NCBI GenBank assembly: GCA_030149205.1
Contig: JASBSB010000011.1
Span: 1-26,574, forward strand
DNA length: 26,574 bases
Direction of reading: 5' to 3'
Source of the DNA: Candidatus Heimdallarchaeota archaeon
GTDB lineage: Archaea > Asgardarchaeota > Heimdallarchaeia > Heimdallarchaeales > Kariarchaeaceae
Shown: piece after piece, positions 1-6,414 of the stretch
How the letters are laid out: the number at the start of each line of letters is the position of its first letter
Position numbering within the stretch: the first letter of the stretch is position 1
The notes under the pieces: model-generated
The model's input: the letters and a program-made list of their open reading frames with translations, nothing else
Databases searched by the model: none
Told to the model about the DNA's origin: nothing
Position numbers and translations under genes: made by a program

Positions 1-515
1 CCAAACGAGGCATTAAACTGCCCTTTTTTGTTGCAATCGTGCTAGAACCCTTTTAGGGATTGAAACTTATTCTTTCCAAACGAGGCATTAAACTGCCCTT
101 TTTTGTTGCAATCGTGCTAGAACCCTTTTAGGGATTGAAACTTTATGTGTATATGAACTATTAAGATAGTTGTTAATCTGTTGCAATCGTGCTAGAACCC
201 TTTTAGGGATTGAAACTATCAACTTGCTTTGATATTTTTGGCTCTTGAAAGGAGGTTGCAATCGTGCTAGAACCCTTTTAGGGATTGAAACAACCAGAGA
301 TAACAAACAGAAAAGAAACAATAACTGCGTTGCAATCGTGCTAGAACCCTTTTAGGGATTGAAACTATTTTTCTTGTCCCTCGCTATTTCCTCGTTCATG
401 GTCGTTGTAATCGTGCTAGAACCCTTTTAGGGATTGAAACGATTTTGAGCCTCGAATTTTTCTGTATCCTCATCTAATGTTGCAATCGTGCTAGAACCCT
501 TTTAGGGATTGAAAC
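1..515 (+). CRISPR. CRISPR array (continues left of window); 37-bp repeat GTTGCAATCGTGCTAGAACCCTTTTAGGGATTGAAAC
   Basis: Repeats at 30-66, 105-141, 180-216, 255-291, 329-365, 404-440 (C5>T) and 479-515; spacers are 37-38 bp. A CCCT-TTT-AGGG hairpin is followed by ATTGAAAC, the typical 8-nt Cas6 5' handle, which implies + strand transcription with the leader outside the window to the left. Confidence 0.99.
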
Positions 516-533
516 ATTACCATATATGAGAAC

Positions 534-818
534 CTAAGTAGTAGATGTAATATATTTTCTTAATCCATCATAGTGTTCAAATTGGATCCAGGCATACTTC
601 TGTGATTTCCCCTTTGAAAACATTATTGAAATATCTGGTTCTTCTGGCCCGTAATGTGCTAAATTTTCTATTCCATCGTAATAATCTAAAAAAAGTGACA
701 GATCATCAATTATAACTTCTCTTGGTGGTTCAGACCAATTTAATTTCTCCCTTAAGTATTTTTTAGCAGCCTCGACAATCTGTTCTTCAGCATATTCTTC
801 AAGTAACCTATTTCTCAT
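534..818 (-). CDS. Small hypothetical protein, paralog A (about 94 aa, starts MRNRLLEEY)
   Basis: ORF track gives 534..842. The start is revised to ATG 818 because homology with 1980..2282 begins at MRNRLLE and a TATA-like box is centred about 26 nt upstream. Confidence 0.85.
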   Translation of the reverse strand: MRNRLLEEYAEEQIVEAAKKYLREKLNWSEPPREVIIDDLSLFLDYYDGIENLAHYGPEEPDISIMFSKGKSQKYAWIQFEHYDGLRKYITSTT

Positions 819-840
819 AAACATAATATTCTTCACACCC

Positions 841-860
841 AATATAATTGTTTCGCCCCC
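841..860 (-). promoter_or_regulatory. Archaeal BRE-TATA promoter of paralog A
   Basis: Minus strand reads GGGGGCGAAACAATTATATT; the last C of CGAAAC (850) is 32 nt from ATG 818. Confidence 0.65.
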
Positions 861-965
861 TGATTTTTTTGGTCAAAGAGTGTGGACCATAACCATATTT
901 TTGATCACTTTGAGAGTATACGAAGACTCATAACAGGTGTATATTTCAAAACTTCAAATAATTTG

Positions 966-1232
966 TCAAAGAAAGTTTAAAAGTAATTCTGGAGAATAAA
1001 TATTCACCACAGCAATATCTCCATTTTTTGTTTCACTGTACGCAAACTCCTCTCCATCAGGAAAAATGTATTGCTCCATCCCACGTCCGTTACTTTTTCC
1101 AAAAATCAAAAGAATATTTAGGTCTCCAATCCTAATTTCCTTCAACTCTGGGATGTCTCCGAAAGTCTCTCGAAGCATTTTTAACGCAGCAATACTTATC
1201 TGCCTGTTTTTCAATTTCAAGATACTTGACAC
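966..1232 (-). CDS. Small hypothetical protein, paralog B (88 aa, GTG start), distant member of the A family
   Basis: Gapless 13/34 identity to paralog A (QI..AA.K.LRE...E..I.DL...L), similar C-terminal hydrophobic pattern, same upstream motif. Confidence 0.75.
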   Translation of the reverse strand: MSSILKLKNRQISIAALKMLRETFGDIPELKEIRIGDLNILLIFGKSNGRGMEQYIFPDGEEFAYSETKNGDIAVVNIYSPELLLNFL

Positions 1233-1254
1233 AAATAAATTATCTTTAATCTGT

Positions 1255-1274
1255 CATATAACTGTTTCGACCAT
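1255..1274 (-). promoter_or_regulatory. Archaeal BRE-TATA promoter of paralog B
   Basis: Minus strand reads ATGGTCGAAACAGTTATATG; the last C of CGAAAC (1264) is 32 nt from GTG 1232. Confidence 0.65.
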
Positions 1275-1291
1275 CAGATATTTTTGTTTGA

Positions 1292-1564
1292 AAAACGGGA
1301 AGGAAACTTGCTACAAATACCATCAGAACATTAGTGAAAAAGTATGCTGCTAGTGCAGAGGTAAAGGCAAGCGGACACAAAACAGAGGTCACTCCTGTAA
1401 CTCTCCGTCACAGCTACGCCACTCATTTTACGGGCCTTGGAGTATCACCAATTGTCTTAGGTGAATTGATGGGTAATCCAACAGCAGTAAATAGGTACGC
1501 CCACCCAACTAAAGAGGCAAAACAAAGAGCTGCAAGGCTCATGGAGCCCACACAAAATGACTAA
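1292..1564 (+). pseudogene. C-terminal remnant of a tyrosine recombinase (XerC/D-like integrase)
   Basis: The frame of ORF 1334..1564 is open back to 1292: KTGRKLATNTIRTLVKKYA...VTPVTLRHSYATHF..LG...IVLGELMGN...NRYAH, matching box II (LRHS, LG[H], catalytic Y). An in-frame TGA lies at 1289-1291, no N-terminal half is present, and the HxxR His and GH His are substituted. Confidence 0.8.
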
Positions 1565-1997
1565 AAAAATTCGCAAAATAGGGGTTGGTTCTCAGAAAAA
1601 CCATATTTATAGAAAAATAATCGATAGAAAATTGAAACCTAAAAGAGATCAGCATCCAACAGTTGAATTCAGAATAAATATTGAATATCAAGGAGTCAAA
1701 AAAATTAAAGAGCTTGCTGAATTAGAACGAGTTACAATCAGTAGAAAAACACTTGAGAAACTATCAATGAAAAAAGGGCATTTATCTGTAAATGAAATAA
1801 GAGATGTACTTAAAGACCCAGACGGAATTTATTATAAACAAAATGGAAAGGAGGAAGTTTGGTTTTTTGTCAATGAGATGTCCAATACCAAGAAAGTGGT
1901 CGTAGTGATAGAACGAATGAATAAAAAACATAGGATAAGCACGGCTCACATATTAAAAAACAAATTTTTAAGCAAAAGATTAAGTGATTGGAATTGA
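1557..1997 (+). CDS. Putative BECR-fold (RelE/DUF4258/PBECR-like) nuclease or toxin, 146 aa
   Basis: Pattern ...KKGHLSVNEIRDVLKDPDGIYY...VWFFV...KKVVVVIE...RISTAHIL resembles the H-helix, P-x-x-hydrophobic, beta-meander and TA[HY] layout of BECR RNases. It overlaps the integrase remnant by 8 nt. By-eye call only. Confidence 0.5.
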   Translation: MTKKIRKIGVGSQKNHIYRKIIDRKLKPKRDQHPTVEFRINIEYQGVKKIKELAELERVTISRKTLEKLSMKKGHLSVNEIRDVLKDPDGIYYKQNGKEEVWFFVNEMSNTKKVVVVIERMNKKHRISTAHILKNKFLSKRLSDWN

Positions 1998-2282
1998 TTT
2001 GGGGGAAATAAACCTTTTAAGTCCATCATACCTGTCAAACTCAACCCAACAAAATCTTTTTTTGTTTCCTCTGACCCATACCAATTCAATCCCTTCCTCA
2101 TCTAATCCACCATCTACAACATCTTCTCCATCCCGTTCATAGATGAACAATGCAGAATCGGTGTCAATAAGGATATCAATGGGGATATCATTTAAATTTA
2201 GCTTTAATTTGAGGAATTTTTTAGCTGCTTCTATCACTTGATCCTCAGAGTAATTTTCCAATAAACGGTTCCTCATGATCAT
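1980..2282 (-). CDS. Small hypothetical protein, paralog A' (100 aa)
   Basis: 19/27 identity to paralog A at the N-terminus, plus a shared C-terminal W..F..YDGL..[YF]I motif. Confidence 0.85.
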   Translation of the reverse strand: MIMRNRLLENYSEDQVIEAAKKFLKLKLNLNDIPIDILIDTDSALFIYERDGEDVVDGGLDEEGIELVWVRGNKKRFCWVEFDRYDGLKRFISPKSIPIT

Positions 2283-2304
2283 AATTAATACTTCTATGTT
2301 CTCC

Positions 2305-2324
2305 TAATTAATTGTTTCGACCCT
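2305..2324 (-). promoter_or_regulatory. Archaeal BRE-TATA promoter of paralog A'
   Basis: Minus strand reads GAGGGTCGAAACAATTAATT; the last C of CGAAAC (2314) is 32 nt from ATG 2282. Confidence 0.65.
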
Positions 2325-2402
2325 CAATTATTTCTTAAGAATAGTATAGCTCATAAACACATTCTGTATTTTTGAGAGAGTATGTGCAGTATTCTACATT
2401 CC

Positions 2403-2513
2403 GTTTCAATATTGTTAGAACCCTTTTAGGGATCGAAGAAACTCGTAAAATTTCCCTTTATTCAATACTGTTCTTGGTTGGAACCAAGTTAGAACCTCTG
2501 CAAAAATTGATAC
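2403..2513 (+). CRISPR. Degenerate repeat-spacer-repeat mini-array
   Basis: 2403-2439 matches the array repeat at 30/37 with the hairpin intact; 2477-2513 matches at 24/37 with the hairpin broken. Both alignments are ungapped, and the copies are separated by a 37-bp spacer (2440-2476). Confidence 0.85.
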
Positions 2514-2535
2514 TCATAAGAATTGAAAAAATAAA

Positions 2536-3921
2536 TCAGAAGATATAGGAGGTGTAGTATATTTTACAGGTTGATCCTGGATATTTTATTCCCAGGGCAT
2601 ACTGGTGGCTTGAGTTTAAGATTTCTGTGGAGGTGATTTGAATCTGAGGTGGTGAGGACGGATTATATGGGAATTTAAACCACCTACCTGTCAAATGAAC
2701 ATCAACGTTATCTACAGTCAAGGAAATGTTGGTTAAGCACGCTAGCGGTAAAATTATATTGTTTTCAATCTGAATAGGGATGAGTGTATTAAATAACACA
2801 ACAGATAGTCCTGTAACATTCCAGGGAAAATCATAAAGTATTTCTCCGCTTAATACATTCTGGTTAAGTTTCTGGTTCACAAAATAATTTCCACTCTTTG
2901 CGGGGGAGTTAATGTAGTGTGTCTCATTAAATGCAATCAAATGCAGGCTGAGGCTGACTATTAGAAACAGGAGCAAGAAAAGTCTCAATCCAAAATATAT
3001 CCGGTTTAAGTTAAACTGAGGCCATCTTGATACTATCCCTCCTAAAATAATCCCTCCAGTTAACAAAAGGAGAATATTGAGGGGATAAGTAAGATTCTCT
3101 ATTCCTCGATTTATTGAGACTGTAAGATACACTGGCATGAGAAAGATTGTCACAGCACCCAAAACAAAGGTAAGAATTAGTTTTGTTTTAGCTCTGGTTG
3201 ATTTGTGGTTTAGACACCCTAACACAACAAGGTAAAAGCTGGCAAATATCAAAAATCCAAAGCCAAGGAGCTCAAAAACCGGTATAAATTTATGAGGTTC
3301 AAGTGGATAAAACCGTATAATAAGTATTCCTGTGTACACTAGCATAAAATCAATTATTAGGTCAACCAGAGACAATCTATGCACATACTTTTTCTTTAGC
3401 AATAAAAAGCTCTCACCAAAAATCACTGGGATCAGTATTAAAAATGAGATTAATGTAAGCTGCAAATAAATATTAGATAAGGGGATATACAACACAGTTG
3501 GGTAATCAAAGGTTAGAATAGCAAAAATTATAACAACATCTACCTCTAAAACAAAAATCCTAAAATAGTACATGGCTAACAAAATCAGTGCAAGACGGGA
3601 AAAATAGGGTGTGATCTTCCTGGGTTCATCTTTGTAATAAGATATAAGCACCCATAGCAGAAAAAGTAAAGTTGGTAAGAGAAGTATGCCAAAGTTGATT
3701 GATACCTGATCATTGACGATCTGGTAATCCTTGATAATGTATCCATTGATACGGTTTTCTTTGACATAGACAAGTCTGTATCTGAATCTCCAGAATATTG
3801 AGAAAATGATCAAGGAGACTAATGTGGAAATAAGACCTAACTGCTTTGATTTCTGTCTAATAAAACCTCTCTCCATGACCCCAAATAAAGAGCAGTTTTT
3901 TAAAGAAGGTGATATTTTCAC
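2536..3921 (-). CDS. Polytopic membrane protein (461 aa) with a C-terminal soluble domain
   Basis: Many hydrophobic segments; the C-terminal approx. 125 aa are hydrophilic and beta-rich with NxS/T sequons and two Cys. Confidence 0.8.
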   Translation of the reverse strand: MKISPSLKNCSLFGVMERGFIRQKSKQLGLISTLVSLIIFSIFWRFRYRLVYVKENRINGYIIKDYQIVNDQVSINFGILLLPTLLFLLWVLISYYKDEPRKITPYFSRLALILLAMYYFRIFVLEVDVVIIFAILTFDYPTVLYIPLSNIYLQLTLISFLILIPVIFGESFLLLKKKYVHRLSLVDLIIDFMLVYTGILIIRFYPLEPHKFIPVFELLGFGFLIFASFYLVVLGCLNHKSTRAKTKLILTFVLGAVTIFLMPVYLTVSINRGIENLTYPLNILLLLTGGIILGGIVSRWPQFNLNRIYFGLRLFLLLFLIVSLSLHLIAFNETHYINSPAKSGNYFVNQKLNQNVLSGEILYDFPWNVTGLSVVLFNTLIPIQIENNIILPLACLTNISLTVDNVDVHLTGRWFKFPYNPSSPPQIQITSTEILNSSHQYALGIKYPGSTCKIYYTSYIF

Positions 3922-4099
3922 ACAATTTCACACTGCAAAAAAACATATAAGTTCAAAATTAAATTAGTGTTGAAAATTTATTTGTTAACAATTCCGAAAA
4001 GAGTCAACAATTGAAATTGTTATGTAGGTCAGAATTTTCGACAACTCATACACATAATGATATCAAAATAAATTTAAGCCATCTATTTATAGTTGCAAA

Positions 4100-4534
4100 A
4101 TGAGCGACAAGGCAGAACGACCAAAAATTTATTCTCTTGAGCCCGTCTTACAGGTTAACAATTTACCAGAGACCCTGAGGTATTATGAGGAGACCCTCTG
4201 CTTCCACATCGACTGGGTCTGGCCAGATGATGACAAGCGAGACACAGCTGATCATGCTTCAGTCTCTTTGGGGCAGCAAGAGGGTGAGGAAGAGGAGCAT
4301 TCACACCATCACTCACATATACAGCTGAGCCAGGCAGATAAGACCCCTGTGGCAAACTCTGGCTGGCTGTACTTTAGGGTTGAGTCAGACATAGATGAAC
4401 TTTATGAGTTATTTAAAAGGGGAGGAGCAAGCATAAGCTCTGAGATAAACAGCTATCCCTGGGGTATGAGAGAATTTGATATTCGTGAGAACAATGGTCA
4501 TGTCTTCCGCTTTGGAAAGCCTGTGGAACAATAG
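4100..4534 (+). CDS. VOC/glyoxalase (bleomycin-resistance-like) family protein
   Basis: PVLQVNNLPETLRYYEETLCF at the N-terminus and LYFRVESDIDELYE...YPWGMREFDIRENNGHVFRFG at the C-terminus; acidic/His-rich insertion EEEEHSHHHSH. Confidence 0.9.
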   Translation: MSDKAERPKIYSLEPVLQVNNLPETLRYYEETLCFHIDWVWPDDDKRDTADHASVSLGQQEGEEEEHSHHHSHIQLSQADKTPVANSGWLYFRVESDIDELYELFKRGGASISSEINSYPWGMREFDIRENNGHVFRFGKPVEQ

Positions 4535-4577
4535 TCACAACACCAAAAATTAAAAGTCACATATTCATCCTGCAAGT

Positions 4578-5567
4578 ATGAAGGTTGTTTTTCAATATCA
4601 GGGTCTGATATCTGACGAATACAAGCGAACATTGGAGGAAAACCTTCCAGAAGATGTTCAGTTGGTCTTTATGGAGAACAACGAAGAGGAGGGGCTGCTC
4701 AGAGAGATAACCGACGCAGAGGTGTTTGTGGGTTACAAGCTTACTAAACCACTCATTGATACAGCCAAAAAGCTACGACACATCCAGATTCCTTGGACTG
4801 GTTTTAATGATCTTGGTGCTGAGTTCCTAGAGGGAAGGGATGATATCACTGTCTCCAACTCTCATGCCAACTCTCAGGCAATTGCTGAGCATGCGGTCGC
4901 ACTTCTTCTCGCTGCTTCCAAGCTTCTTACTCAGAGAGATCGAGGGATGAGATCTGGTGACTGGTCCACAAGGTATGAGGATGTCAACTCTGTATGGCTC
5001 ACTGATCGAACCACTGCAATTATTGGATATGGTGCGATTGGGAAAAAGGTTGCAAGAATGATGAAGCATGGATTCAACAACAGAATCCTGGCTATAAAGC
5101 GTACACCTCTCAAATCTGATGATCTTGCGGAGTTTGTGGGTGGTATGGAGGATCTAGACTCAGTGTTACCTCAGGCAGACTTTGTTGTTGTCGCTGTTCC
5201 ACTTACAAACGAGACACGGAGGTTAATCACAGCCAAACAATTTGAGCTGATGCGTGAAAATACTGTTATTGTGAATATCGCCAGAGGTGAGGTTATAGAT
5301 GAGGAGGCATTATATAGTGCACTCAAGGAGAGAAAGATTCATTCAGCTGGTATCGATGTCTGGTATAACTATCCAAGGGGAGAACAGCGAGTTGTAAAGC
5401 AAAATTACCCATTTGAGGAGCTTGATAATATTGTCATGACCCCTCACAGTGCGTTCAAGGTTGAAAAGAGAGAGAGGGTGTTTCTCTCTGACATTGTTAC
5501 CAACCTTCAAAGGTTGTATGAGGGAAAGGAACCAATAAACAGGGTGTATTTGGAACTTGGGTATTAG
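4578..5567 (+). CDS. D-isomer-specific 2-hydroxyacid dehydrogenase (PGDH-like)
   Basis: AIAEHAVALLLA, Rossmann motif IIGYGAIG, NIARGEVIDEEAL, GIDVW and catalytic MTPH. Confidence 0.95.
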   Translation: MKVVFQYQGLISDEYKRTLEENLPEDVQLVFMENNEEEGLLREITDAEVFVGYKLTKPLIDTAKKLRHIQIPWTGFNDLGAEFLEGRDDITVSNSHANSQAIAEHAVALLLAASKLLTQRDRGMRSGDWSTRYEDVNSVWLTDRTTAIIGYGAIGKKVARMMKHGFNNRILAIKRTPLKSDDLAEFVGGMEDLDSVLPQADFVVVAVPLTNETRRLITAKQFELMRENTVIVNIARGEVIDEEALYSALKERKIHSAGIDVWYNYPRGEQRVVKQNYPFEELDNIVMTPHSAFKVEKRERVFLSDIVTNLQRLYEGKEPINRVYLELGY

Positions 5568-5589
5568 AAAAAAATACAATTACATAATA

Positions 5590-6414
5590 TTACACCAATG
5601 TAATAAATTGAGATTGAAAGAGATGGTTAATAATATCAAATCTTCCTAAACCCACGGTTCTTCCTCTCCCCACCCCTGTAAAAAATCCTAATAAAAATAG
5701 GCTATTTATGAAATCAACATATTTTTCATGTACTCCATAGGTTACTTGGCCTACCCAGCCTTGGTGTATTATCTTTCTATTTATTCTAACCGTGCTCAAC
5801 CTTCCTTTAGCTTTTTCAATCCAAATTTTATTTTGAAGATCGATCACTTCTAAAGAATTCTCGTTAGTCCATTTTTTCCATAATGAAATTAGGTTGGTTA
5901 TTAAATTCGTAGGTTCTGGCCATTTGAAGTACTGCTTCCCTTGAGTAAAAGACAAAGGTGATTTAAAGTTTAATTGAAAGATTGAGTTTTCAATTATTGA
6001 GTCAGATAGATCGAATGATTTCATATTAATTTGATATGGTGAGAACTTTAGACCATAGGCACTTACAATTTGAATAGATTGTAAAAACATAGGAAACAAC
6101 CTAATTAATTCTAAGTTTGAGGTTATTACATCGAAAAATACCATTTCACCTTTCACAAGTGATTTTGATTTTAAATAATCTATTGGGGAGTTTTTACAGG
6201 TATTGCATTTCCATCTGTAAATTTGTGATATTGATAAATCTAATACTCCTCTTGACATTCGAAAAGAATCAAAAAGGCTTTTGCTTTTCTCTCTCAACAG
6301 GTCAAAAAATAACTTGTTTGCTATTTGACCAGAAAAATATGGAGTTCTTTTGGAACTCTGAGCAATTAGAAACACCCTGAAAAATTTTATATTTATGAAA
6401 TAGCTTCTACTCAT
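5590..6414 (-). CDS. cas6: CRISPR-associated endoribonuclease Cas6
   Basis: C-terminal G-rich loop GFFTGVGRGRTVGLGRF; FKSPLSF..G....WPEP..L..NL...W motif; ATGA overlap with cas3. Confidence 0.9.
   Translation of the reverse strand: MSRSYFINIKFFRVFLIAQSSKRTPYFSGQIANKLFFDLLREKSKSLFDSFRMSRGVLDLSISQIYRWKCNTCKNSPIDYLKSKSLVKGEMVFFDVITSNLELIRLFPMFLQSIQIVSAYGLKFSPYQINMKSFDLSDSIIENSIFQLNFKSPLSFTQGKQYFKWPEPTNLITNLISLWKKWTNENSLEVIDLQNKIWIEKAKGRLSTVRINRKIIHQGWVGQVTYGVHEKYVDFINSLFLLGFFTGVGRGRTVGLGRFDIINHLFQSQFITLV

Noticed and set aside
88-321. 77-aa minus-strand ORF with repeated VSIPKRVLARLQ
   Set aside because: It is the translation of the CRISPR repeats, not a gene.
467-478. Spacer 6 3' end (TCCTCATCTAAT) matches 2095-2106 inside paralog A'
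   Set aside because: Only 12 contiguous nt (18/38 overall), at the PAM-distal end, and expected by chance in this window; not self-targeting.
67-478. Spacers might all be antisense to coding strands (type III-like bias)
   Set aside because: Only spacers 5 and 6 read clearly better as protein on the reverse strand; spacers 1, 3 and 4 are plausible both ways. Protospacer hits would be needed.
1066-1353. 95-aa plus-strand ORF
   Set aside because: Antisense shadow of paralog B with no motif.
508-2410. 8-bp inverted repeat ATTGAAAC...GTTTCAAT flanking the island like transposon ends
   Set aside because: It follows from the quasi-palindromic ends of the CRISPR repeat itself; I found no target-site duplication or transposase.
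2440-2476. Mini-array spacer matches near the cas8b SD (AACTCG, about 12896-12901, minus strand) and in the helicase (AACTCGTAA, about 20245-20253)
   Set aside because: Matches of 6 and 9 nt with no convincing I-B PAM; chance level. My search by eye was not exhaustive.
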